Under the pieces are notes generated by a model. It ran no database searches. It was not told the origin of the DNA and saw only the letters and a list, made by a program, of their open reading frames with translations. DNA of 45,514 nt, taken from NCBI GenBank assembly GCA_016213235.1, contig JACRBE010000048.1, positions 1 through 45,514 of the forward strand. The letters are read 5' to 3'. A program made the position numbers and the translations under genes. Positions 8,359-17,629 of this stretch are shown in pieces; positions within the stretch are counted from its first letter, which is position 1; each line of letters starts with the position of its first letter. The stretch comes from Chlamydiales bacterium. Its GTDB lineage: Bacteria; Chlamydiota; Chlamydiia; Chlamydiales; JACRBE01.

Positions 8359-9480
8359 TTAAATAAGATCTTCTAGAATCCGATCTCTATATTCTTGCAT
8401 CTTTTCTACCATAAAATGGAGATTATGGATGGAGGCAAGCGTTAATGCGGTAAGCTCTTTTGCTTTAAAGAGATGATGTACGTAGGATAGGCTGTAATGT
8501 ATGCAGGTAGGACAAGAGCAGTTTTTTTCTAGCGGGCCAAAGTTTTGTGCATGAATGGTAGAGGAAAGTTTATAAGATCCATGTTTTGTTAATATCATCC
8601 CATGACGGGCAGCTTTTGTAGGATATGCACTATCAAAGGTGTCAATACCAAGCGGCATACATAAATCAAGAGATTCTAAATCACCGATGCCAAGTAAGTG
8701 TCTTGGATGAGAAGTAGGGATATGGTCCATGATAGACTCAAGCATATTGATCATTTCTTGTTTTGTTTTTCCTAAAGAGCCTCCGATTGCAAATCCGTCA
8801 AAAGGTAACGCAGATAAGATATTACAACTTTTTTCTCTTAGCGATGGATTGATGCCACCATGGATGACAGCATAAATTGCTTGGGCCTGTGGGTTTTTCA
8901 AGTGCTCATCTAAAGATCTTTTTTCCCACCTGTGTGTGCGGTTAAAAGAGTCTAGTAGTTTTTGCTCATCAATATGGTAAGGAGGCAATTCATCTAAAGG
9001 TATGATGATATCGGAGCCAAAATCTTTTTGCGCTGCAATCGAGCTTTCTGGCGTTAAAAGCACTTTTTTTCCATCACGGTAAGAGCGAAATAACACACCA
9101 TCTTCTGTAATTTTTAGTACAGAATTATCGTGTTGTTTTTTTCCTTTCCCTTTGAGTTCATTGCAGACAGACCCGTATGCTAAACTAAACACTTGAAAAC
9201 CACCAGAATCTGTAATAATCGGTAGATGACGATTGATGAACTTGTGGATGCCTCCTGCTTGCTTAATGAGGCTACTGCCAGGTTGCAGAAGCAGATGGTA
9301 AGTATTGCAAAACATAAGTTGTAATCCAATCTCCGACACAGTCTTGTTATCAAGAGATTTAAGCGTGCCATTTGTTCCAACTGCCACAAATCCAGGTGTA
9401 TCAATAATACCATGAGCTGTGTGGATTTTCCCAACACGAGCTCTTGATTTTTTAGACTTGTGGATGATTTCAAATTTCAT
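8359..9480 (-). CDS. tgt: tRNA-guanine transglycosylase, chlamydial queuine-salvage type
   Basis: TDSGGFQVFSL, PLDE, HLLGIG, DTFDSAYPT, Zn site CSCPTC...HN. Confidence 0.97.
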   Translation of the reverse strand: MKFEIIHKSKKSRARVGKIHTAHGIIDTPGFVAVGTNGTLKSLDNKTVSEIGLQLMFCNTYHLLLQPGSSLIKQAGGIHKFINRHLPIITDSGGFQVFSLAYGSVCNELKGKGKKQHDNSVLKITEDGVLFRSYRDGKKVLLTPESSIAAQKDFGSDIIIPLDELPPYHIDEQKLLDSFNRTHRWEKRSLDEHLKNPQAQAIYAVIHGGINPSLREKSCNILSALPFDGFAIGGSLGKTKQEMINMLESIMDHIPTSHPRHLLGIGDLESLDLCMPLGIDTFDSAYPTKAARHGMILTKHGSYKLSSTIHAQNFGPLEKNCSCPTCIHYSLSYVHHLFKAKELTALTLASIHNLHFMVEKMQEYRDRILEDLI

Positions 9481-10138
9481 AATTTAATTTTTTTAAGCGG
9501 TAAATACTGGTACAGGTGCTCATTACAACGATAATAATTATTTTTACGATCATGCTGAGTACAATAATTTCAAAAAGTGAGGAGACTATACCATAGAGTC
9601 CTAAAAAACTAAACAGGCATGTATCGATCATCTGTGTAGTAAAAATAGAAATGATCATGACAGGGAGTAAATAACTTTTTTTAAATTTTTTTCTCAACCT
9701 GCTAAACAGTTCTACATCCATTTTTTGTGAGATAAGATAGGAAATTAATGATGCAATCAAGATTCTTGGTGATGCAGAAAGTAGGGAGGAAAAAGAAGAA
9801 TGGGACCAATCTTCGCACGAGGGGACATAAAGCAGATGAAATTGCGACATTAAAGCAAAAAAGATCATGCAAAAAAAGTTAATCCATACAAATCGATTAG
9901 CCTCTTCTTTTCCAAAATATTCTTGAATGAGGTTAAGACCAATGATAGCGCCAACGGCGTAGCTATCAGCGCAAGTTACATTCATGGAAAAAATTGTCAT
10001 TTGCTTCAAAACAAATAAATTGGCTGTAATAGATAAAATCACACCAAGGCAAAAAAGACCCATTTTTCCAAATTGAACAGCTGCAAAAAGAAAAAAAATA
10101 ATTACTAAGATTTGTGAAAAAAAAATGAGCTCATTCAT
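9470..10138 (-). CDS. yhhQ: Queuosine precursor transporter (YhhQ/COG1738)
   Basis: Multi-TM; ANLFVLK, QEYFGK, PRILIASLISYLISQKMDV, TQMIDT; overlaps tgt. Start taken at ATG 10138 coupled to the upstream stop. Confidence 0.9.
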   Translation of the reverse strand: MNELIFFSQILVIIFFLFAAVQFGKMGLFCLGVILSITANLFVLKQMTIFSMNVTCADSYAVGAIIGLNLIQEYFGKEEANRFVWINFFCMIFFALMSQFHLLYVPSCEDWSHSSFSSLLSASPRILIASLISYLISQKMDVELFSRLRKKFKKSYLLPVMIISIFTTQMIDTCLFSFLGLYGIVSSLFEIIVLSMIVKIIIIVVMSTCTSIYRLKKLNYEI

Positions 10139-10646
10139 GCAAGGACTCACGGCTTCTTTTTTCCTCTATTTGCTGAGACTGCTTTAAACGGAATTCTTTT
10201 CTAATCTGAGCCTCTTCATAACGTCTTTTTTCAATTTTTGTCTCCGGTAACACCGGTGGCACCCGTGTTGGTTTTTTATCATTATCTAGAGCTACAAAGG
10301 TAAAATAGGCAGATACAATATGTGTTTTTTCTCTTGTTGTACTATGCTCTGCAACGACTCTTACTCCGATTTCAATGGAGGTATTCCAGGTCCTATTAAC
10401 AGAGGCCTTAAAAATTAGATTATCACCTTTTCCGGCTGGTGCTAAAAAGTGCATCGCATCAACAGATGCTGTAACACAGGTGTGTCCGCTATGTCTTTCT
10501 GCAACAACGAGAGCAGTGCGATCAATAATAGACATAACAAGGCCGCCGAAAACGGTGCCATATGAGTTTAGATCATTGGAAAAAATACGATAAGTATGAT
10601 CTTCTATCGCAGTAGATTTTACTGTTTTTCCGGGTAAGTTTGACAT
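10131..10646 (-). CDS. Acyl-CoA thioesterase (hotdog fold, YciA-like)
   Basis: DLNSYGTVFGG..IID, VTASVD..HFLAP, AYFTFVALD. Confidence 0.93.
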   Translation of the reverse strand: MSNLPGKTVKSTAIEDHTYRIFSNDLNSYGTVFGGLVMSIIDRTALVVAERHSGHTCVTASVDAMHFLAPAGKGDNLIFKASVNRTWNTSIEIGVRVVAEHSTTREKTHIVSAYFTFVALDNDKKPTRVPPVLPETKIEKRRYEEAQIRKEFRLKQSQQIEEKRSRESLHE

Positions 10647-10754
10647 GGGACATCCTTTTATGGTTAGCGATTATAGCAAGGAAACAAATTATTCCAGAGT
10701 GCTAAAAATTCTGCTATATGTTAAATCCCAATTTAAGAAAAAAGGTGTATCGTT

Positions 10755-11744
10755 ATGACAAAAAAAGTGCAAAGAATTGCAATTACCGGAGGAGCTGGAC
10801 AAATTTCTTACTCTCTATTATTTAGAATAGCCTCGGGAGAAGTGTTTGGAAAAAATCAGCCTATAGCTCTGCATCTGCTAGAAATACCAGATGCCGTGAG
10901 CGCTTTAAAAGGCATTAAAATGGAGCTGGATGACTGCGCTTTTCCTTTATTAAAAGAGGTGAAAGTTGGTAGTGACCCTTTTGAGCTTTTTGGTGGTATT
11001 GATTATGCCTTTTTTGTGGGAGCAAAACCAAGAGGCCCTGGCATGGAAAGAAAAGACCTGCTTGCTGAAAATGGAAAAATTTTTATAGAGCAGGGAAAAG
11101 CTCTTGGTCAAAGTGCCTGTAAAAATGTAGTTGCTTTAGTAGTGGGCAATCCATGTAATACTAATTGTCTTGTGTTATCCCATTTTGCTAGAGATATTCC
11201 TAAAAAGCAGTTTCATGCCATGACAAGGCTTGATCAAAATCGAGCTGTTTATCAACTCGCAAATAAAGCAAAAGTAGATCTTCAAGATGTAGGGAACATG
11301 GTCATTTGGGGCAATCACTCCTCTACGCAGGTGCCAGATTTTCTCAACGCCACGATTAAGGGTAAGATGGCTAGCGCATCTATTGAAGAGAACTGGCTTA
11401 AAGGAGCATTTATTGAAACAGTCCAAAAAAGGGGGGCGGAGGTAATTGCTGCAAGAGGTAAATCATCTGCTGCATCTGCTGCAAATGCAGCAATAGATGC
11501 GATGAAGTCTATTGCAAATCCTGCTATAGTAGAAGCACAATATTCTTCTTCTGTTTGGTCTGCAAAAAATCCGTATCATATTGATGAAGGACTTTTCTTT
11601 TCTTTTCCTTGTCAAAGAACAGCCATCAATGAATATAAGATTATTCCCGGATTAAAATGGAATGATTTCCTTGAACAAAAAATCAGATTAACAGAAAAAG
11701 AATTGAAAGAAGAAAGAGATGCTGTGGCACATTTACTAAAATAA
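10755..11744 (+). CDS. mdh: Malate dehydrogenase (cytosolic MDH type)
   Basis: [52 protein letters not shown]. Confidence 0.97.
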   Translation: MTKKVQRIAITGGAGQISYSLLFRIASGEVFGKNQPIALHLLEIPDAVSALKGIKMELDDCAFPLLKEVKVGSDPFELFGGIDYAFFVGAKPRGPGMERKDLLAENGKIFIEQGKALGQSACKNVVALVVGNPCNTNCLVLSHFARDIPKKQFHAMTRLDQNRAVYQLANKAKVDLQDVGNMVIWGNHSSTQVPDFLNATIKGKMASASIEENWLKGAFIETVQKRGAEVIAARGKSSAASAANAAIDAMKSIANPAIVEAQYSSSVWSAKNPYHIDEGLFFSFPCQRTAINEYKIIPGLKWNDFLEQKIRLTEKELKEERDAVAHLLK

Positions 11745-11754
11745 GGATGACATC

Positions 11755-12909
11755 ATGAGCGAAATCATTTTTGAAATGACCAAAGATCATTTGGAAACAG
11801 GATTAAGAGGTATTCCTGTAGGATATTGTAATACATCACATGTCGATCCAAGAGCAGGTCTTTTTTATCGTGGAACACTGCTTAAGGACCTTGCAAACTA
11901 TTCTTGTGAAGAGGTCATTTATTTGCTTTATAAGGGTAAAATGCCAAATACGATGGAACTCAAAGCCTTCAAACAAGAGCTTGATAAAAGAAGTAGATGT
12001 TCTTCCGCAGTTGTAAAGCAAATCCAGACACTTCCAAGACAGGGGCACCCTATGAAATTATTTTCTTGCTCCCTTTTGATACTTGGTATGCTGGAAGGAG
12101 TAAATAATTACAAAGAAGATACGATCAATTTAATAGCGAAAATACCGCATCTGCTCGCAACGGTGATTAATTACCATGCTGGCTGGGGACATACACCGGA
12201 GCCACATCCACAACTAGGCTATATGGAAAATTTTGTCCATATGCTTAATATACCAAATAAAAATATAGCGATGCTTAATGAGGTTATGCGCCTATTTAAC
12301 GTTCTTCATTATGATCATGGAGGTGGCAACTTATCTACGTTTGTAGGTAAAGCAGTGGCATCCGGGTTAGAGGATTTGTATGGGTCTATTGCTGCAAGTA
12401 TGTGTGCCTTGGAGGGCCCAAGGCATGGTGGCGCTAACGAAAGCGGTCTTGAATTTGCAAAAGAGATTTATGATGCTCTAAAAGGTAAGTTAACCGGCAG
12501 CGCAGTGGAAGAGCTCATTCGTAAAAAACTCGCAAACAATGAAGTGATCTTTGGCTTCGGTCATGCTGTACTGCGTGTAGAAGATCCAAGAGCTACTATT
12601 TTCTATGAATTTGGAAAAAAGCATTTTGCGGAGCACCCACTTGTAAAAACAATACTGTTAGTCAGAGAGTATGGCAGTAAAGTACTTAAGGAAAATCCTA
12701 AAATATCAGACCCCTATACCAATGTGGATGCAGCCTCCGGTACGATACTCAGCGCGGCCGGTTTTAACTATCCCGAGTATTTTACCACTCTTTTTGGCAT
12801 GTCAAGAGTTGTTGGCATCGGTATCCAGATTGTATATGAACGATGCGAGGCAAGGGGGGGGAAGGGTACTCCCATTGTCCGTCCGGAATACATATATAAA
12901 CCATCATAG
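11755..12909 (+). CDS. gltA: Citrate synthase
   Basis: TGLRG, HYDHGGGNLST, GPRHGGANE, GFGHAVLRVEDPR, NVDAASG, RPEY. Confidence 0.95.
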   Translation: MSEIIFEMTKDHLETGLRGIPVGYCNTSHVDPRAGLFYRGTLLKDLANYSCEEVIYLLYKGKMPNTMELKAFKQELDKRSRCSSAVVKQIQTLPRQGHPMKLFSCSLLILGMLEGVNNYKEDTINLIAKIPHLLATVINYHAGWGHTPEPHPQLGYMENFVHMLNIPNKNIAMLNEVMRLFNVLHYDHGGGNLSTFVGKAVASGLEDLYGSIAASMCALEGPRHGGANESGLEFAKEIYDALKGKLTGSAVEELIRKKLANNEVIFGFGHAVLRVEDPRATIFYEFGKKHFAEHPLVKTILLVREYGSKVLKENPKISDPYTNVDAASGTILSAAGFNYPEYFTTLFGMSRVVGIGIQIVYERCEARGGKGTPIVRPEYIYKPS

Positions 12910-12922
12910 GCAGTCTCCCCCA

Positions 12923-13636
12923 TTATTTGACGAAAGTTAAACGCGGAATAAGCTCTTTCGGTAAAGTGGCTGAAATACCTTCAGGAATTTTTATCGAACC
13001 GGAAGATTTTGGGTCTTTTATTTGATCATGGATATATTCTTCTATTGTTATAGTGCGAGTGCGTGTGATCCCAATTATCGGTCCTACTCTTTTTATGATT
13101 AGTAATCCTTTTGGGTTGTCCGGCATGATCCCGTGGGCAAAAAGAGAAGACAAGGACCCTGTTGAGGTATTGGGAAATGATATACTCGTACAATTGTTTG
13201 CTTCGGCATAGGTTGCGAGAGCTCTTAAAGCAATATTACTAATAAGTGGAAGATTCCATATTGCGGATGAATCAGGTTGGATCAAATCTGAATTAACAAG
13301 AAGGTCTTGTACCTCAATAGAAACAGATTCGCGATCCTTTTTCTGACAGAGTGAGAGTTTAGCAAGAAATCTTGGGACATCGGGTGTTTTGGTCATATGC
13401 TGACATATTTCAAGTTGAAAGAAACGACGGGTTAATATACGTAATTCATGCCTGGTTTCTTTTCTTGGAACAACTCCATTAATAATAATGGGGATGGGGA
13501 CTGTGCTTCTGGATGGAATAGTGAACTCTACTTTAAAATTCCATGAAAAAGCAGCATCTTCTCCAGTGACTTCGCCCCTTGTTCTTATCGAATATAGTGG
13601 AGATATCCATCCTCTTGGGGAACTTGTTGATTCCAT
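12923..13636 (-). CDS. Orphan paralog A (possible degenerate GNAT-like fold)
   Basis: 237 aa; extensive identity to 14064..14771 (PRFLA, SIEVQ, DSSAIWNL, IALRALATYAEA, ISFPNTST, DQIKDP, ISATLPK). Confidence 0.85.
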   Translation of the reverse strand: MESTSSPRGWISPLYSIRTRGEVTGEDAAFSWNFKVEFTIPSRSTVPIPIIINGVVPRKETRHELRILTRRFFQLEICQHMTKTPDVPRFLAKLSLCQKKDRESVSIEVQDLLVNSDLIQPDSSAIWNLPLISNIALRALATYAEANNCTSISFPNTSTGSLSSLFAHGIMPDNPKGLLIIKRVGPIIGITRTRTITIEEYIHDQIKDPKSSGSIKIPEGISATLPKELIPRLTFVK

Positions 13637-13661
13637 ATTAATTTCCTTATTTTGGTAAGGT

Positions 13662-13705
13662 ATTCTATCGCTAAGTAAAATATATTTCTAATAAATTCTA
13701 GAAGC
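13662..13705 (-). repeat. Duplicated 44-bp upstream/promoter element, copy 1
   Basis: ATTCTATCGCTAAGTAAAATATATTTCTAATAAATTCTAGAAGC, one mismatch to 14796..14839; reads ...TAGAAT as a -10 box on the minus strand. Confidence 0.9.
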
Positions 13706-13746
13706 TTAATTTTTCTCCAAAATCAACTATTTTATCGAAATATCTC

Positions 13747-14074
13747 TCATCTATCATATGAACCTAAAACAGGCACAACATCAGGAGGTTTAGTTCGGTT
13801 GAATGCTCCATTGAAATTCCTAATGTATGAAAAATACGCCGATTGAAATTTGAAGTGCACAAGTGGAATTAAACCCTAACTACGCTGACATAGAGGGGGG
13901 AACTGCCGTTTTTAGGATTATGAACAACGAGACTCTCAAATTGTAATCCCATGATACCTTTCCACAGGGAGCTTGGCTATTAAAGTGGAAAAGCTCTCCT
14001 TGGTTATTTCCCTCGATTACCGAAATTGCCGTAAAGCCCCTGGATTCATCCATGAGGAGTACTTCAGTAGGCAA
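13747..14074 (-). pseudogene. Probable degenerate third copy of the paralog family (N-terminal part)
   Basis: ESRG..GE..VSWDYNL..IILKTAVPP * ..ALQISI.. (frameshift) TKPPDV is collinear with PRG..GE..FSWNFKV..IIINGVVPR..FQLEI..TKTPDV of paralog A. Confidence 0.4.
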
Positions 14075-14771
14075 AGGTTAAACGTGAAATAAGCGCCTTG
14101 GGTAAAGTGGCTGAAATGCTAACAAGAATTTTTGTCGAACCGGAAGATTCTGGGTCTTTTATTTGATCACGGATGTATTTTTCTACTGATGTGGTGCGTG
14201 TGCTTGTGAGTGTGCTTGTGAGTCCAGTTATCCGTCTTACTGTTGTTATAGTTAGTAGTCTTGTTGGGTTGTCCGGAATGATCCCATGGGAAAAAAGAGA
14301 AAACAGAGCTTTTGTTGAGGTATTAGGAAATGATATATTCTCACAATGGATTGCTTCGGCATAGGTTGCGAGAGCTCTTAAAGCAATCTTACTCATGGAT
14401 GAAAGATTCCATATCGCGGATGAATCTAAACTGACAACAAGTTTTTGCACCTCAATAGAAATAGGTCCGTAACCTTTTTCCTCATAGAGTGAGAGCTCAG
14501 CAAGAAATCTTGGTGAATCAGGTGTTTCGAGCTCATATTGATATATTTTAAGCTGAATGGAAGGATTGATTGATAGATAGTCAACCGTAGGTGATCTTTT
14601 TGGATGAACTCCATCAATAACAATAATAATGGGAGCGAGTTTTTTTCCTCCGGATAGAGTAGTGAGCTCTACTGTAAAACTCCATGAAAAAGTAACAACT
14701 TCCACGAGGACTTCTTCTTTTTTTCTTACCAGTGGAACTAGTTTCCCTCTTGAGGAACTTATTGGATCCAT
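14064..14771 (-). CDS. Orphan paralog B (possible degenerate GNAT-like fold)
   Basis: 235 aa, paralog of 12923..13636; contains a 12-bp tandem duplication GTGTGCTTGTGA (14198-14221) encoding LTSTLTST. Confidence 0.85.
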   Translation of the reverse strand: MDPISSSRGKLVPLVRKKEEVLVEVVTFSWSFTVELTTLSGGKKLAPIIIVIDGVHPKRSPTVDYLSINPSIQLKIYQYELETPDSPRFLAELSLYEEKGYGPISIEVQKLVVSLDSSAIWNLSSMSKIALRALATYAEAIHCENISFPNTSTKALFSLFSHGIIPDNPTRLLTITTVRRITGLTSTLTSTRTTSVEKYIRDQIKDPESSGSTKILVSISATLPKALISRLTFAY

Positions 14772-14795
14772 ATAATTTCCCTATTTTGGCGGAAC

Positions 14796-14839
14796 ATTCT
14801 ATCGTTAAGTAAAATATATTTCTAATAAATTCTAGAAGC
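14796..14839 (-). repeat. Duplicated 44-bp upstream/promoter element, copy 2
   Basis: ATTCTATCGTTAAGTAAAATATATTTCTAATAAATTCTAGAAGC at nearly the same distance from the ATG as copy 1. Confidence 0.9.
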
Positions 14840-14856
14840 GTTTGAAAATGAGATTT

Positions 14857-15534
14857 CTATTTAGTTATCAACTTTTTTTTGTGAGATTTCTGTTGAGTTT
14901 GTGTAGGAAGTATATATTTTGATGCTTTAGCAAGATCTTTTCTAGTTTTCATTCCTTCATCTTTGCTAGGTTTCCCCAGCATAATAGATTTCATGGTTCT
15001 GGATGCAACGTTTACTACAAGAAACGTAGTCGTTGGTCCAAGAGATAATTTAATGGGGGAAAAATAATCTATAGTAAAACCAGTAATAACTAATAAGGTA
15101 GCGATTGCATAGCGTTGTTTTTGAGAAAGATTGCGAAAAGAGGTTTTTCCTGCAGTGCTCCACAATTGTGCTAAAGGAACAATTGACAAAGTAGGTGCGT
15201 TAAAATAAATGGCCAGGATAGTCCCTGCAAATATGCTAGCAGTGACTGCTGTCTGTTTCCACATGGAAGGAGGGTTACGAAAAGCGTCATCATCTTCATC
15301 TGAATCTATATCTTCACCTGGTTTTACATGAATAACCGTATATTCACCAGGTGGAAATGAATGGGGGATGTCTGTGTTTGCTCTATCTCTTAGAGAGGGG
15401 GAATCAGAGGGATCTAAAACAGAAATAATATTTGTAGTGTCTAAACGGGCGGGTGAAGGAGTTCTCGAGGGATATTGGGCGGGAGTGGTGTAGTCATGAA
15501 TATTATTGTAGGGGGATAAAAAGGCTTCTGCCAT
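14857..15534 (-). CDS. Hypothetical membrane protein, Inc-like (disordered S/P-rich N-terminus, two hydrophobic stretches, basic tail)
   Basis: Start at ATG 15534 preceded by AAAAGGAG; acidic DIDSDEDDD; hydrophobic TAVTASIFAGTILAIYF and YAIATLLVITGFTI. Confidence 0.75.
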   Translation of the reverse strand: MAEAFLSPYNNIHDYTTPAQYPSRTPSPARLDTTNIISVLDPSDSPSLRDRANTDIPHSFPPGEYTVIHVKPGEDIDSDEDDDAFRNPPSMWKQTAVTASIFAGTILAIYFNAPTLSIVPLAQLWSTAGKTSFRNLSQKQRYAIATLLVITGFTIDYFSPIKLSLGPTTTFLVVNVASRTMKSIMLGKPSKDEGMKTRKDLAKASKYILPTQTQQKSHKKKLITK

Positions 15535-15816
15535 AAGGTCTCCTTTTTGAATTATTTTGTGCACGATTATATGTTTTATTGAAAAACAAACAAGTATTAA
15601 AACATTTGTTGTGCGACCTAACTTTTTGTTAATCACATAGATATGATTTAGTGTTAAAACAACGCTTATTGGCTATCAACAACTTAAGATCAACAGATAG
15701 AGAATGTTTTTAAAAAACACTTACAAATATTAATAACAATTTGATTGTTTTTAAAATAAAAGTATAACGATTATATTAATTAATAGGGTGTAGTATCTTA
15801 AGTGAAATCTGTATCG

Positions 15817-15864
15817 CCTGTTGCTAGCAACAGGTTGCTTCCGATCACTTGAATGTGATATAGT
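15817..15864 (+). promoter_or_regulatory. Perfect 18-bp palindrome abutting a putative sigma-66 promoter
   Basis: CCTGTTGCTAGCAACAGG (15817-15834), then TTGCTT (15835-40), 18-nt spacer, extended -10 TGaTATAGT (15856-64). Confidence 0.5.
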
Positions 15865-15896
15865 CCTGACTTAAACTTATGTGACAGAGGGATTTT

Positions 15897-16718
15897 ATGT
15901 TTTTGGACCAATTACAGCTCATTTTGTATCGCGCCATATTCCATACCTTTTCCAAAAAAAAACTCCTCCTTCTTGTTCCTATCGTCTTGTTATGTGGATT
16001 ACTTACGGTTATTTGTATGACTCTTGCTTCGCTTGGACAATGGGCTAAGCTATCGTTGTTCTTTTTGCCTATTTTTGTTTCTTTTGGACTCCTATTGGGA
16101 GTTGGTATTGTTTTAACTAGAATTTATTTTAAAGAGATTAAAGGGTTTGCTTTTACTTATTTCTCCATGTTTAAAGAATCCATGCCCATCATCATGCATG
16201 CAACATATATGTTTTTAATGGTAATAGCCTCTTATGTTGCCTTATGGATAGGACTTACTTTCTTTTATCTTCTTAAGTACATACCATGGATTGGTCCACT
16301 TTTATCCGCATTCTTCTCTTTTGTTCCCTTTTTAATTGTGATAAGTTTTTTGATACTAACACTACTGGTCCCTCCTATTCTATTTTTTGTTATCCCCTAT
16401 CTTGCATTGAAAGGCACAACCATAACAATACAAGGTATAAAAGAGCTTTTTTTTGATCTCAAGCAGGATATATTCACGAATATCATGCTTTTTGTAGCGG
16501 GTGTTGCTCCCTTTTTATTACTACTTGCAGTTTTAAGCTTTTGTGCATCGTTTACAAGTGGTTATTTTTTTATGAATTCCTCTTTTTTTGTGAAACTGTT
16601 GCAACAATTGGTGGTGATGATCCTATGGTGCCTGTTTCTTACCCCTACTATTATTTTTTTCTTTAACTTTTCTACAGAGTCATTTGGGCTTATCCAAAAA
16701 AATATAAAAAACAGATGA
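15897..16718 (+). CDS. Polytopic membrane protein of unknown function
   Basis: 273 aa, about 6 TM segments; first gene of a translationally coupled operon. Confidence 0.85.
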   Translation: MFLDQLQLILYRAIFHTFSKKKLLLLVPIVLLCGLLTVICMTLASLGQWAKLSLFFLPIFVSFGLLLGVGIVLTRIYFKEIKGFAFTYFSMFKESMPIIMHATYMFLMVIASYVALWIGLTFFYLLKYIPWIGPLLSAFFSFVPFLIVISFLILTLLVPPILFFVIPYLALKGTTITIQGIKELFFDLKQDIFTNIMLFVAGVAPFLLLLAVLSFCASFTSGYFFMNSSFFVKLLQQLVVMILWCLFLTPTIIFFFNFSTESFGLIQKNIKNR

Positions 16719-17629
16719 AAATAGCAATTATCGGTACAGGGCTTGCAGGCCTCGGTGCTGCGATTTATTTGCAACAGATGATAGAAGATGCTTCTTTCTC
16801 CTTCTTTGATAAAGAAGATAGGGGAGGGGCAACATCAAAAATCGCAACAGGACTATTGCATCCGTATCCCGGTAAACATGGAAGATTGTCTAAAGATGGA
16901 CATGAGGCATATCAAGAGACTCTCAGGCTTGTTCATTATTCAAGCAAGTATACTACTAAACAGGTAGCCGATTTTACTCCTATAGAAAAAATAGTGCTCG
17001 ATGATGATCATTTTTTAGATGAGCATGAAGATATCATCAAGCTTGCACCTTATCGATATTTAATTAAGTCTTCTATTACTGTATTTACGAGCAACTATTT
17101 GGATGGGCTCTATGCAAGCATAAGAAATAAAGAGTTTATCCAAGAAGAGATTAAAGATATAAAACAGCTAGATAGGTTTGATGTGGTGATCATTGCTGCA
17201 GGATTTGGAGTGAAAGATTTTATTGGAGAAGAGGTGTCATTGCGGTATAACAAAGGGCAAGTGTTAAAAGCTAGACACTCAATCAATCGAGGGCTGATTG
17301 GTGGTGGCTATATCGCAAAAACAGAGTATCCTGATATAGTGCATGTAGGATCTACATATGAAAAGAAAGAGCTTTCGTTCGTTCCAAAACAAGATATAGC
17401 AATAGAGTTGATACAAAAACAGATGAGACCCTTTTTCCCAGAAATTGATCAGATGCAATTTATTGATTGCAAGGCAGGTATTCGGGTGTCAAGTGCTCAT
17501 AATTATCTTCCTATAATTAAAAGGCTATCAGAGAAGAGATATCTTTTTACCGCGCTTGGATCAAGAGGACTATTATATCATGCTCTCTTTGGTAGAAAAC
17601 TAGCTGAAATGATCGTTGGTAAAAAATGA
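16715..17629 (+). CDS. FAD-dependent oxidoreductase (DAO/glycine oxidase family)
   Basis: IIGTGLAG dinucleotide fold, GGATSKIATGLLHP, KGQ, HVGSTYE, TALGSRGLLY; ATGA overlap. Confidence 0.9.
   Translation: MKIAIIGTGLAGLGAAIYLQQMIEDASFSFFDKEDRGGATSKIATGLLHPYPGKHGRLSKDGHEAYQETLRLVHYSSKYTTKQVADFTPIEKIVLDDDHFLDEHEDIIKLAPYRYLIKSSITVFTSNYLDGLYASIRNKEFIQEEIKDIKQLDRFDVVIIAAGFGVKDFIGEEVSLRYNKGQVLKARHSINRGLIGGGYIAKTEYPDIVHVGSTYEKKELSFVPKQDIAIELIQKQMRPFFPEIDQMQFIDCKAGIRVSSAHNYLPIIKRLSEKRYLFTALGSRGLLYHALFGRKLAEMIVGKK

Noticed and set aside
14198..14221. 12-bp tandem repeat inside paralog B
   Set aside because: Only two in-frame copies; simple slippage duplication, not a contingency locus
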